DNA from: an uncultured bacterium
GTDB lineage: Bacteria > Chloroflexota > Anaerolineae > J036 > Brachytrichaceae
Reading direction: 5' to 3'
Length of the DNA stretch: 64,000 nucleotides
NCBI GenBank assembly: GCA_903921365.1
Contig: CAIXPS010000315.1
Span: 19,629-83,628, forward strand
Shown here: positions 10,352-19,996 of the stretch, one piece after another
Numbering within the stretch: the first letter of the stretch is position 1
Layout of the letters: each line of letters opens with the position of its first letter
Position numbers and translations under genes: made by a program
The notes under the pieces: model-generated
What the model saw: the letters and a program-made list of their open reading frames with translations, nothing else
Databases searched by the model: none
Told to the model about the DNA's origin: nothing

Positions 10352-10945
10352 CTATTGCCCGCCGATCTCGAATCGGACAAATCTACGCACAACAACATTC
10401 TCGCCTATCTTGGCGACTGCGTTTTTGATCAAGTCGGCGACTTTAACCTTGTCGTCCTTGACAAACTGTTGTTCAAGCAGGCATACATCCTGGTAGTACT
10501 TTTCCATCTTACCAAGCGCGATGCGCTCCGCGATCTCAGGCTTCTTGCCTTCGCTTATCGCTTCCTGTTTGAACTGTTCCTTCTTGGCGTCGATCAAAGC
10601 CGCCGGAATGTCCTCTTTCTTAACATATTCTGGCCCGGTAGAAGCGACCTGTAACGCCATGTCATGCGCGAGCGTCTTGAATTCCGCTGTTCGCGCGACA
10701 AAGTCTGTTTCGCAGTTCACTTCCACGAGAACAGCCATGCGTCCGCCAAGGTGCGTGTAGGCTTCGATGATGCCATCGTGCGCATCGCGGGATGCCTTCT
10801 TGGCCGCAGCGGCCAGTCCCTTCTCACGCAGCCAGCTTGCTGCTTTCTCAAGGTCGCCGTTATGCAAGTCCAGCGCCTTTTTGCAGTCCAGCATACCTGC
10901 GGCGGTTTGTTCGCGCAGAAGCTTAATCTGCTCAGTGGTTGCCAT
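10352..10945 (-). CDS. tsf: Elongation factor Ts (short 197-aa type)
   Basis: LREQTAAGMLDCKKAL and EVNCETDFVA. Confidence 0.97.
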   Translation of the reverse strand: MATTEQIKLLREQTAAGMLDCKKALDLHNGDLEKAASWLREKGLAAAAKKASRDAHDGIIEAYTHLGGRMAVLVEVNCETDFVARTAEFKTLAHDMALQVASTGPEYVKKEDIPAALIDAKKEQFKQEAISEGKKPEIAERIALGKMEKYYQDVCLLEQQFVKDDKVKVADLIKNAVAKIGENVVVRRFVRFEIGGQ

Positions 10946-10947
10946 GT

Positions 10948-11808
10948 TTACGCTCCCTCCGCATCATCCGTGCCGGGGTCAAACGAGCGCAGTTCGGCAT
11001 CGTCGTCAAGCTTGAGTTCACCCGTCCGGATCTTTGCCAGTGTTTCCTCACCTAGCTGCTGACGGTTTGATTCTGGCTCGCTTATACCTGCACCGGCGCC
11101 TTCAGGCGCGCCATCGACACCCTTGCGCAACGCCAGACCCTCGAGTGCGGCGTTTGACATCGCTTCGACGATCAGTTTGATTGCCCGAATGGCGTCATCG
11201 TTGGCGGGAATGACATAATCCACGCCATCCGGATCGCAGTTGGTATCGACCATTGCAATGACCGGAATATTCAGCTTGTTGGCTTCCTTGATTGCGTTGG
11301 CCTCGCGGCAAACATCCACGATGAAAAGCGCATCCGGCAAGCGGCGCAGTATCTTGATGCCGCCCATGCGGCGATTCAGTTTATCGATCTCGCGTGTGCG
11401 CAACAGCGCTTCCTTTTTGGTGAAACGCTCAAACTCGCCGCGTTCCTTCATCCCTTCGAGTTCCATCAGGCGATCGAGACGGGACTTAATGGTGCGCCAG
11501 TTTGTTAACGTGCCGCCGAGGAAGCGCTCAGTGATGAACGGCTGGCCGGAGCGGGCGCCTTGCATGGCAATGGGTTCCTGCGCCTGGCGCTTGGTCCCGA
11601 TAAACAACACGGTGCCGCCCTTGGTGATAATCTCTCGGATCAAGTTTGCGGCGGTGTCGATTGCGGTAATGGTCTGCTGTAGATCGATGATGTGGACGCC
11701 ATTGCGCTCTGTGAAGATGTACGGCTTCATCTTGGGGTTCCACCGCTTTGTGCGATGGCCGAAGTGAACACCCGTCTCCAGTAGAGCCTTCATTGGTACT
11801 GCCGGCAT
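10948..11808 (-). CDS. rpsB: 30S ribosomal protein S2
   Basis: [22 protein letters not shown] and [19 protein letters not shown]. Confidence 0.98.
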   Translation of the reverse strand: MPAVPMKALLETGVHFGHRTKRWNPKMKPYIFTERNGVHIIDLQQTITAIDTAANLIREIITKGGTVLFIGTKRQAQEPIAMQGARSGQPFITERFLGGTLTNWRTIKSRLDRLMELEGMKERGEFERFTKKEALLRTREIDKLNRRMGGIKILRRLPDALFIVDVCREANAIKEANKLNIPVIAMVDTNCDPDGVDYVIPANDDAIRAIKLIVEAMSNAALEGLALRKGVDGAPEGAGAGISEPESNRQQLGEETLAKIRTGELKLDDDAELRSFDPGTDDAEGA

Positions 11809-11814
11809 AGTCAA

Positions 11815-11951
11815 ATACTCCTTATAAAACCTCTGTGTTTATCGTCTGGCGCGCGGATTGCGGACAGGTGTGATTTTACCCGCAACAGGTCTGCGCTCCA
11901 TCAAAACACATGCGAATTTAATCGGCCTTCAGGCCGCTGAAGATTTTATCA
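11815..11951 (-). promoter_or_regulatory. rpsB extended -10 promoter and structured 5' leader
   Basis: TG-a-TAAAAT at 11951-11943 on the minus strand; leader hairpins CGGCC-tgaa-GGCCG and TTGCGG...CCGCAA. Confidence 0.5.
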
Positions 11952-12129
11952 TATTACCTGCTGACGGGCCGGTTTGCGTGATGCGGCGATACGACGGCGT
12001 AAGTCTCAGCCTATCCTTATTGTCCAATGGTATCAATAGAACGCCACGCTGGCGGCGTCTGGTTGATCGTAGAACGAATGAACCGGAATTGCATGCGTGA
12101 TAATACGAGCATAGTCAATCAGAGGGCAA

Positions 12130-13068
12130 ATGGAGCATATGTACAAAAAGGTTTCCGATATCACTGATGCGCTGGCCGGGCAGCAGTACATCGCCACAGA
12201 TGAGATATCGACGGCTATATTTCTCGGGGAGAAGATGGGCAAGCCCATTCTGGCCGAAGGCCCCGCGGGGGTCGGCAAGACTGAACTGGCTAAAGCGTGG
12301 GCTGGCGCCACGGGGCGTGAGTTGATCCGTCTGCAATGTTATGAGGGTCTTGACGAGTCCAAAGCGCTTTATGAGTGGGAATACTCCAAGCAAATGCTGT
12401 ATACCCAGTTGCTGCGCGACAAAATCAGCCAGTTAATGTCAGCAGCCGGCACGCTGACCGAGGCCGCGGACAAACTGGCCTCTGAGGAGAACGTCTTCTT
12501 CTCAATGCGTTTCCTGTTGCCGCGCCCTCTGCTGCGCGCCCTGATGAGCGAGAAGCCTGTCGTCCTATTGATCGACGAAATTGATCGCGCCGATGCGGAG
12601 TTTGAGGCCTTTCTGCTCGAAATCCTCAGCGATTTTCAAGTCAGCGTGCCTGAACTTGGAACGATTAAGGCTAAGTCTCAGCCGCTGGTGGTGCTGACCA
12701 GTAACAACACGCGCGAATTGAGCGAGGCGCTCAAGCGACGCGCGCTGTATTTGTACATCGATTACCCGACGCAGGAATCCGAGTTGAACATCGTCCGGTT
12801 GCGCGTTCCGGAACTCGCCCCGGCGGTGGCCAGGCAAGTCGTTGAGGTCGTGCAGCGGTTGCGGGGGCTGGATTTGAAAAAGTCTCCCAGCGTTGCCGAG
12901 ACGGTCGATTGGGCGAAGGCGCTGGTTGCAATCAACGCAAAGCACCTGGACGAGAAAACACTCAACGACACGCTAACGGTGATCCTCAAGCATGAGAGTG
13001 ATATTCAACGCGCGCGCCGCGCCTTGAGCAGCGGCAAGAACGCGCGTGATGTCGGGCAGCGCTCGTGA
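12130..13068 (+). CDS. MoxR-family AAA+ ATPase (CoxD-like)
   Basis: GPAGVGKT, LQCYEGLD..KALYEW, LLIDEIDRAD and ELSEALKRR. Confidence 0.93.
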   Translation: MEHMYKKVSDITDALAGQQYIATDEISTAIFLGEKMGKPILAEGPAGVGKTELAKAWAGATGRELIRLQCYEGLDESKALYEWEYSKQMLYTQLLRDKISQLMSAAGTLTEAADKLASEENVFFSMRFLLPRPLLRALMSEKPVVLLIDEIDRADAEFEAFLLEILSDFQVSVPELGTIKAKSQPLVVLTSNNTRELSEALKRRALYLYIDYPTQESELNIVRLRVPELAPAVARQVVEVVQRLRGLDLKKSPSVAETVDWAKALVAINAKHLDEKTLNDTLTVILKHESDIQRARRALSSGKNARDVGQRS

Positions 13069-13110
13069 ACGGCGCATTGATCAGGGTGTTGGGTTTGTGG
13101 AGTTGGCACG

Positions 13111-14505
13111 ATGGATACTCGTATCGTTGAATTTGTAAGCGCGCTGCGGTCGCGCGGTGTGCGCGTCTCACTGGCTGAATCTGCGGATTCATTGCGCGCG
13201 ATCGAAGCAGTTGGCGTGCTGGATCGGCAATTGTTCAAGCATGCGCTCAAGGCAACCCTGATCAAAGAACCGGCGGATGTGCCAACGTTTGAGCAACTGT
13301 TCCCAATGTTCTTCAGCGGCGAGGGCGCGCCATTGCAGACGCCGCAAGGTCTGAGCGAGGAGCAGAAGGAACAACTGCAGAACGCCCTGGACGCGTTGAA
13401 ACAGGCGTTGCAGGAACTGATGAAGATGCTGGCGAATGGCGAGCAACCCTCGAAAGAGCAGCTTGACCAGTACGCCAGGCAGGCCGGCGTCAGCTCGCAA
13501 ATGCGCAGCTACCGCATGAACCCGCAGACGCAACGCTGGCTGACTGAGCGAATGCTGCGCGAGATGGGGTTGACTCCAGAGCAGATCAAAGACGCCATCG
13601 AGGCGTTGATGAAACAGCTCAAGATGCAGGGCATGGACGGCCAGGGGCGCCAGGAAGTGCGTGAAACCATTGAGCAAAATGCGGAAGGCATGCGCGAGCA
13701 GGCGTCCAGATATATCGGCCAGAGCATGCTGCAGCAACCGGATGACAACCCGCATGGGCGCCGGATCGACGATCTGATGAATCGACCGTTGTCGTCGTTG
13801 ACCGACGCGGAAACAGATGAACTACGCAATCACGTGCGGCGGCTTGTAGCGCGTCTGCGTTCGCGCGCGGCGTTGCGCATGCGCCACGCCAAGCAGGGTG
13901 ATTTTGATGTCAAGGCCACCATCCGCTTCAACCAGCGTTATGGGGGCGTGCCGATTGAACTCAAACACAAGCGCCATCACCTCAAGCCCAAACTGACCGT
14001 GATTGTCGACATCTCGACATCGATGCGCCCCATCGCTGAATTCATGCTGCGCATGGTGTATGAGATGCAGGATCAGGTGAGCAAGGCGCGCTCATTCGCG
14101 TTTATCGACGACATCCACGATATCAGCATTACGTTTGTGGAGCATCGTCCTGAGGAAGCTGTGCCCATCGTGCTGCACGAGTTACCGCCCGGCCATTACA
14201 ACACTGACCTTGGCGCCAGCCTGAAGACATTTGTGCAGGACTATCTCGATACGGTGGATCGGCGCACGACAGTGATCTTTGTCGGTGACGGGCGCAACAA
14301 TTATAATGACCCGCGTCTTGATCTGGTCTCCACAGTAAAAGGGCGCGCTCGCCGGATCGTCTGGATGACCCCGGAGCCATCCTACATGTGGGGACAGGGC
14401 GATAGTGATATGGTTGCCTATGCTCCTTTGTGCGATGCGGTGCATCAGGTTGCCACATTACAACAACTGGCGGACGCGATCGACGACTTATTTCAAAGGC
14501 GCTGA
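13111..14505 (+). CDS. CoxE-like VWA-domain protein
   Basis: FVSALRSRGVRVS N-terminus, MIDAS-like DISTSM, GDGRNN and WGQGDS. Confidence 0.9.
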   Translation: MDTRIVEFVSALRSRGVRVSLAESADSLRAIEAVGVLDRQLFKHALKATLIKEPADVPTFEQLFPMFFSGEGAPLQTPQGLSEEQKEQLQNALDALKQALQELMKMLANGEQPSKEQLDQYARQAGVSSQMRSYRMNPQTQRWLTERMLREMGLTPEQIKDAIEALMKQLKMQGMDGQGRQEVRETIEQNAEGMREQASRYIGQSMLQQPDDNPHGRRIDDLMNRPLSSLTDAETDELRNHVRRLVARLRSRAALRMRHAKQGDFDVKATIRFNQRYGGVPIELKHKRHHLKPKLTVIVDISTSMRPIAEFMLRMVYEMQDQVSKARSFAFIDDIHDISITFVEHRPEEAVPIVLHELPPGHYNTDLGASLKTFVQDYLDTVDRRTTVIFVGDGRNNYNDPRLDLVSTVKGRARRIVWMTPEPSYMWGQGDSDMVAYAPLCDAVHQVATLQQLADAIDDLFQRR

Positions 14506-14569
14506 CATCGGCCCGGATGCGCGGGCACAGGGCCGGACACGCAAAACTAAACAGGATAAAACGGAATAC

Positions 14570-15097
14570 ATGGCAGGAAGTCGCGCTGCATTGCGCGTTG
14601 GTCTTATTGGCGGCCTGGTGCTCAGCATAGCGGTTGCTGCTCAGCAAGTCACGGATTCACCGGACTTGCAGTGCTTCGGTTATCTCATCACGATCTTCGG
14701 TCTTGGCATTGTGGGATACATGGCGGCGCGTGATGTGGGCGACTTCGACCGCCTGCCATCGTTGCGCGCCGGCGCCATTGGCGGACTGATTGCCGGGCTG
14801 CTGGCGTCGATGGCGGTTGTTGCGGTGTTGCTGGTTCTCTCGGTCTCAGGCGACAACCTGCAACGCCTTGTGGCTGCTCTTCGCGAGATGCCGCCTTCGG
14901 TGCTCGAACAATACGCATCGATGGGGGTATCACTGGATGAGATCGCGCAGTTGGCTATCATGATCCAGCTTTTGTGCTGCCCCGCTGGACTGCCAATTTT
15001 GGGGCTGGCGCTTGGCACAGTTGGTGGGGCGCTGGCGTCGGCCGCCAATCGCAATCGGGGTGCGGATTCAGATAAACCCGCAGATAAACGCGGTTAG
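14570..15097 (+). CDS. Hypothetical 4-TM membrane protein
   Basis: Start reassigned to MAGSRAAL; four hydrophobic Gly-rich helices. Confidence 0.7.
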   Translation: MAGSRAALRVGLIGGLVLSIAVAAQQVTDSPDLQCFGYLITIFGLGIVGYMAARDVGDFDRLPSLRAGAIGGLIAGLLASMAVVAVLLVLSVSGDNLQRLVAALREMPPSVLEQYASMGVSLDEIAQLAIMIQLLCCPAGLPILGLALGTVGGALASAANRNRGADSDKPADKRG

Positions 15098-15100
15098 TCA

Positions 15101-15619
15101 ATGAAAAAACGTCGTTCACCATCAGAGCTACAGGCGCTTGCCGCCTCGCGTCGCCGCTCACTATTGTTTGTAGGTGTTGGGATTGTCAGCGCAGTGGTTG
15201 TCAGCGTGTTGTCCAGCGAGTTCCTGGCGATTCAGTGCGTAGTGCTTGCGGCAATCACACTTGGCGGCGCGATATCGTGCGCTTGGGCAGCCGTGTCGAT
15301 TGATCCTGCCGCTGCGCCGCGCGCGGGGATGCAAGCAGGCATGGTGATCGCCATGGCCTATGTGTTGCCGTTTGCCTTAATCGCGTTGGGCCGATTCCTG
15401 ACGCTCGATGATGCTACGGCGTCGCGACTGGCGGGCGAGATGAGCGCCGCTCAGGCAACCACTCTGGTTCAGCAGCATATCACTCCGGGGCTTGAGTATT
15501 TCCGCGGCCAGTATGTCAGCTACATCTTCGGCTATGTGCTGTTTGGGCTGCTATTCGGGTGGCTGCTTGGCGCGCTTGGCGGCGTTGTGGCGCGGCGCAC
15601 CGTTGGGATTGCAGCCTGA
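15101..15619 (+). CDS. Hypothetical 4-TM membrane protein, similar architecture to the upstream gene
   Basis: 3-nt gap from the previous ORF; RAGMQAG vs RAGAIGG; C-terminal LGALGG vs LGTVGG. Confidence 0.7.
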   Translation: MKKRRSPSELQALAASRRRSLLFVGVGIVSAVVVSVLSSEFLAIQCVVLAAITLGGAISCAWAAVSIDPAAAPRAGMQAGMVIAMAYVLPFALIALGRFLTLDDATASRLAGEMSAAQATTLVQQHITPGLEYFRGQYVSYIFGYVLFGLLFGWLLGALGGVVARRTVGIAA

Positions 15620-15626
15620 TCAGGTC

Positions 15627-16436
15627 TCAGACCCGCTTCGCGGAACTGTCTGCAACGCTATTGACGGCCCAACCGCTGATGAAACCCAGATAAGCAGGGA
15701 TTAACGGCAGCACGCACGGTGACGCGAATGAGAGGAACCCTGCCACAGCGGCGATGATGATGCTTGGCGCCGCGCCAGTGCCTTGTCCGAGTAACTCCTC
15801 GGGGCTGAAGGTTGACCGCGACAAAACTGAACTGAGCACGACCAGTTGCCCGGTGACCTGAATGATCCCGATGCCGATCAGCAATACCCCGCTGATGATT
15901 TCGATAACGCGCATATTGCGCTTCAAGCGCGCCAGCGCAGGCGTGATCCGTTCGGCCAGCAATGCGACCAGCAGGAATGGCACGCCGAGACCAAGCGTAT
16001 AGGCGGTCAACAACGCCAGTCGTTGCAGGATGGTGTCGGCTGTGACGCTCATCGACAGGATGGCGCCAAGAAATGGGCCGATGCACGGCGTCCACCCAGC
16101 GGCAAAGGACAACCCTGTCAGGTATGACTGGAGTCCGCTGACGCCCTTGGATGTCCGGCTCAAACCTCGACGGGTATCGCTGTAGAGCAGAGGGATGTTG
16201 ATGATGCGCAATGTAAACAGGCCAAAAAGAATCAGGGCCAGACCGCCGACGACGCGCACAACGTCGCGGGCCGCGTAGATGTAATCACCCAGCAATGTGC
16301 CAATAAAGCCAAAGATGCCGATGATAAACGTGGCAAACCCGGCAACAAAGAACAAGCCTTGCACAAATGTCGCCATGCGAATATGCGCCGATGCCGGCAT
16401 GCTTACCTGCGATGAGGTTGCAACTTGCTGTGCCAT
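15627..16436 (-). CDS. ccdA: Cytochrome c biogenesis protein CcdA (DsbD TM family), apparently circularly permuted
   Basis: FAAGWTPCIGP mid-protein, YTLGLGVPF, and GFLSFASPCVLPLIPAYL at the C-terminus. Confidence 0.88.
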   Translation of the reverse strand: MAQQVATSSQVSMPASAHIRMATFVQGLFFVAGFATFIIGIFGFIGTLLGDYIYAARDVVRVVGGLALILFGLFTLRIINIPLLYSDTRRGLSRTSKGVSGLQSYLTGLSFAAGWTPCIGPFLGAILSMSVTADTILQRLALLTAYTLGLGVPFLLVALLAERITPALARLKRNMRVIEIISGVLLIGIGIIQVTGQLVVLSSVLSRSTFSPEELLGQGTGAAPSIIIAAVAGFLSFASPCVLPLIPAYLGFISGWAVNSVADSSAKRV

Positions 16437-16448
16437 AGTGAGTATCCC

Positions 16449-16640
16449 TTATTGCTGATTCGCCTGTTTTGCGTTCTCAGCCTCTTCCTGCTTGATTTGT
16501 TCTGTTATCTGGTCGAGTAATGCCTCATCTCGGCGCAGATTGCGCCTGCGCAGGGCCAGAGATAGCAGATAGATGCCTAACCCGCCAAGAAAAACAATGT
16601 AGCCGGCGATCAGGTAGATGGAGTTTTTTTCAGAAAACAT
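16449..16640 (-). CDS. ccmD: CcmD-like small heme exporter protein
   Basis: 63 aa, single TM with YLIAGY then a charged tail; directly after ccmC. Confidence 0.6.
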   Translation of the reverse strand: MFSEKNSIYLIAGYIVFLGGLGIYLLSLALRRRNLRRDEALLDQITEQIKQEEAENAKQANQQ

Positions 16641-16642
16641 AA

Positions 16643-17383
16643 TCAGTTGGTCAGTTCGATGCGACGGAAAGTCAGGTGATCCGCTTGTTCCTGCAATTCA
16701 ACCCGCGTGCGCAGCATGAACAAGTAGACCAACGTGAAGGTGATGAAACAGAAGAGCATGATGAGCCCGATATCGCCCGTAATGCCGAAACTGCCTTGTT
16801 GGGCGCCATTGACGCTGCCTCCAATGACAGCAGGATGCACGCTGTTCAACACGCGGCTGACAAGGAAGTTGAGCGGAATGGTTAACGCGCCGACGATACC
16901 GTAGACCGCGGCAAAGCGTCCGCGACGCCCCGGGTCGTCGATGCCAGATCGCAGCATCAGATAGGCAATGTACATGAGCAACTGCAATGCGCTCAGCGTC
17001 AGCTTGAAGTCCCACGTCCACCACGTATTCCACACCGGTCGCGCCCACAACATACCCGTCAGCAGCACCATCGTGATAAACACCACGCCGATTTCTGCTG
17101 AGGCCAGCGCAACGCGATCATATTTCTGGTCGCGTCGCCGCAGATACAGCCCGCCCGCTACTGCTGTGACGAACCAGGCGACGAATCCGATCAGTGCTGA
17201 GGAAAAGTGAAAGTAGAAGATGCGCTGGACGTTTCCGCCCGCTTCATCCTGCACGCGCGGCGCCACCAGAAACACAAGCAACAACGCGACGGCAAACATT
17301 GCCCCAGCGGCAATGCCAATCCCGCGTGTTGTTTGCGAGGCGGCGGGGGAGGGTGTAACTGTGCGTCCGAGGGTTTTTTCCAT
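16643..17383 (-). CDS. ccmC: Heme exporter protein C
   Basis: QRIFYFH, WARPVWNTWWTWD (WWD domain) and a second His in SVHP. Confidence 0.9.
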   Translation of the reverse strand: MEKTLGRTVTPSPAASQTTRGIGIAAGAMFAVALLLVFLVAPRVQDEAGGNVQRIFYFHFSSALIGFVAWFVTAVAGGLYLRRRDQKYDRVALASAEIGVVFITMVLLTGMLWARPVWNTWWTWDFKLTLSALQLLMYIAYLMLRSGIDDPGRRGRFAAVYGIVGALTIPLNFLVSRVLNSVHPAVIGGSVNGAQQGSFGITGDIGLIMLFCFITFTLVYLFMLRTRVELQEQADHLTFRRIELTN

Positions 17384-17426
17384 ATAGATTTATCCTATCA
17401 CGAAGCGTCGATTATACTCTTCGATC

Positions 17427-18992
17427 ATGGCAAGCACACCTATAGTCGACCTCAGGCCCCGCAGCGTGGGCGAACTACTCGACCTGACGTTTCTGTTGTA
17501 CCGGCGCAATTTCCTGCGGTTGATCGGCATCACGCTGGTTGTTCTCGGCCCGGTGCTGGCGCTCAACCTGCTAAGCAGCACAGGCTCGCTGTTGCAGTAT
17601 ATGACAACGCTTTCGAACATCGCGGCAGGGTCGCGCGGCGGCACGGGCGCCGGCATGACAGCGCTCCTCTCAACGGCCATTGCTGGATGTGCTGGCGGCT
17701 TGACCTTGCTAATCGGTATCTTTATGCCGTGGATGGAAGGGGCGTTAACCTACAACATCATTGAGCATGTGCTGGGGCGCAAGCCCGACTGGCGCGAGTC
17801 TTACCGCGCGGCGCGCCCGCGTTGGGGATCGTTGTGGGTCGCCAATGCCATCCGTTCAATCGCGCTCTGGGCTGCGCTGATCCCATTTGTTCTGGGGCTC
17901 TATGGGGTGTTGATCGGCGCCGTTGTCGCGTTTGGCGCGGCCGGCGCTTTTGGAGGAGGTCTTTTCTCAACGAACAGCAATGATGGCAACTTGCTCTTCA
18001 TCGGGTTGATTGGGATCTGCCTGCCTGTAGCACTGTTGGGCGGAGGGGTGGCGATATTTATAGAAGCAAGCTGGAGTATGGTGATACCAGTCGTTGTTGG
18101 TGAAGGTGTGGACGGCGCGGGGTCGCTCGGTCGCAGCAACGCGCTGGTGAAAGGTCATCGTATGCGCATGATTGGGCGGTTGTTGCTGTTCGAAGCGATG
18201 CGCTTTTTTGTGCTGACGCTTCCAGTCCTTGCCATTGAAGCATTCTTTATTGGCGGGTCGATAGCCGCCACGACAACGGGCGCCCAATCGCCGCTCAGCG
18301 TCATCGCGATCATCGCTGCAAGCTTGTTAAGCGCGGTCGAGAACGTGCTGGTTGTCCCGTTTTACGTGGCGTACATTACCGTCAACTACCTCGACCTGCG
18401 TGTTCGCAAGGAAAACCTTGCGCTGCAGATACAGGCGGCCAACATAGCGCCTTTGGATTCTGCGGGCCTCGTCGATTCTGGCGCTCCTATCGTGACGGCT
18501 ACCAGTATTGCGCCGCCCCCGGAGATGCAGACAGTTGTGTCCAGCCCGATCCTGGATATGCCAAGCCTCGCCGTTATCAACCAACTGCCTGCTCCACAGG
18601 AGATTGCTCCTGCCCAACCCACGGCGCCGTCTGAGGGAGAAATGACCATTCCGGCGCAGACTTTTAGCGCAACACTTACGCCAGCACAACGGATCAGCGC
18701 CCTGTTCAAGCGGTTGCGCGCCGAGGGAGAGAATGCCGAAATTCTCAACCAACTCGGTTTGGCTTACCAGGAAGTGGGCGATTTATTTGGCTCACAGGAC
18801 TCATTCACGCGCGCCCGCGCGCTCGCGCCTGACAATCCTCAGTATGCTCTCAACATGGCGTTGTTGCAAAAGGATCGCCGGGACCTGCCGGCGGCGCGCC
18901 AGGCTATGTCCGATTATCTGCGGTTGGAGACGAACAGCGAAGAGCGCCAGAAAGTCATCGAAAATCCAGCGCTGAAGGAACTGCTGCCATAA
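17427..18992 (+). CDS. Multi-TM membrane protein (LRPxSxGELLD family) with Pro-rich linker and C-terminal TPR domain
   Basis: LRPRSVGELLD N-terminus; YLDLRVRKE ends the TM domain; LNQLGLAY..RARALAPDN TPR. Confidence 0.75.
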   Translation: MASTPIVDLRPRSVGELLDLTFLLYRRNFLRLIGITLVVLGPVLALNLLSSTGSLLQYMTTLSNIAAGSRGGTGAGMTALLSTAIAGCAGGLTLLIGIFMPWMEGALTYNIIEHVLGRKPDWRESYRAARPRWGSLWVANAIRSIALWAALIPFVLGLYGVLIGAVVAFGAAGAFGGGLFSTNSNDGNLLFIGLIGICLPVALLGGGVAIFIEASWSMVIPVVVGEGVDGAGSLGRSNALVKGHRMRMIGRLLLFEAMRFFVLTLPVLAIEAFFIGGSIAATTTGAQSPLSVIAIIAASLLSAVENVLVVPFYVAYITVNYLDLRVRKENLALQIQAANIAPLDSAGLVDSGAPIVTATSIAPPPEMQTVVSSPILDMPSLAVINQLPAPQEIAPAQPTAPSEGEMTIPAQTFSATLTPAQRISALFKRLRAEGENAEILNQLGLAYQEVGDLFGSQDSFTRARALAPDNPQYALNMALLQKDRRDLPAARQAMSDYLRLETNSEERQKVIENPALKELLP

Positions 18993-19023
18993 CTAACCCA
19001 ATCTCTAATCTCGACTATTAAAG

Positions 19024-19971
19024 ATGAACCTACCTGATCTTTACCAAAGCATCAAAACTGAGGCGGCCAAGACCATCGTCGGACAAACGGATGTGTTCGA
19101 GCAGGTTGTCGTGGCGCTGTTCAGCGGCGGGCATGTCCTGCTCGAAGGCGTCCCTGGCACCGCCAAGACGCTGATCGCCAAGACGCTCGCCCGGTTGATC
19201 CGCGCGGAGTACAAACGCGTGCAGTTCACGCCCGATCTGATGCCGTCGGACATCGTCGGCACGAGCGTGTTTAACCTGCAGAATAGCGAATTTTCGTTGC
19301 GGCGCGGGCCGGTGTTTACTCAGATTCTCCTGGCGGACGAGATCAACCGCGCCCCCGCCAAGACGCAATCGGCATTGCTCGAAGCGATGGAGGAACACCA
19401 GGTGACGATCGAGGGCGTGACGAACAAACTGCCAGAGCCGTTCATGGTGCTGGCGACGCAGAACCCTGTGGAGTACGAGGGCACATACCCGTTGCCGGAA
19501 GCGCAACTCGACCGCTTCCTGATGAAAGTGCGCATCACCTATCCGCCCTTGCCGGCAGAGACCGAGATTCTGCGCCGTTACCACACCGGTTTCGACGCGC
19601 ACAAGCTGGATGACGCAGGATTATTGCCGGTGATGAGCCCGGCTGATATTGCCGAGGCGCAGGCTGCCATTCTGGCGGTCAAGGTGGAGACAGGTGTGCT
19701 CGATTACATCGCCCGCCTGCTGGATGCGACGCGCAAATCGCCCGATCTGTTGCTCGGCGGCAGCCCGCGCGCCGGGATTGCACTGCTATTGACATCGAAG
19801 ACCTATGCCGCTTTGCAGGGACGCGACTACGCGCGACCGGACGACATCAAGTTCCTGGCGCCGCCGGTGCTACGCCATCGCATCATTCTGCGCCCTGAGG
19901 CTGAAGTCGAAGGGCTGGACGCAGACAAGATTATCGCGCGCATACTCGCCAGGGTAGAAGTCCCGCGCTAA
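19024..19971 (+). CDS. MoxR proper-subfamily AAA+ ATPase
   Basis: [43 protein letters not shown] and [11 protein letters not shown]. Confidence 0.96.
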   Translation: MNLPDLYQSIKTEAAKTIVGQTDVFEQVVVALFSGGHVLLEGVPGTAKTLIAKTLARLIRAEYKRVQFTPDLMPSDIVGTSVFNLQNSEFSLRRGPVFTQILLADEINRAPAKTQSALLEAMEEHQVTIEGVTNKLPEPFMVLATQNPVEYEGTYPLPEAQLDRFLMKVRITYPPLPAETEILRRYHTGFDAHKLDDAGLLPVMSPADIAEAQAAILAVKVETGVLDYIARLLDATRKSPDLLLGGSPRAGIALLLTSKTYAALQGRDYARPDDIKFLAPPVLRHRIILRPEAEVEGLDADKIIARILARVEVPR

Positions 19972-19996
19972 CCGCGAACGGCTTCATCGCAAGCAC

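Noticed and set aside
10352..10945. Short EF-Ts as a truncated gene
   Set aside because: A roughly 200-aa EF-Ts is an established form, as in Thermus and cyanobacteria
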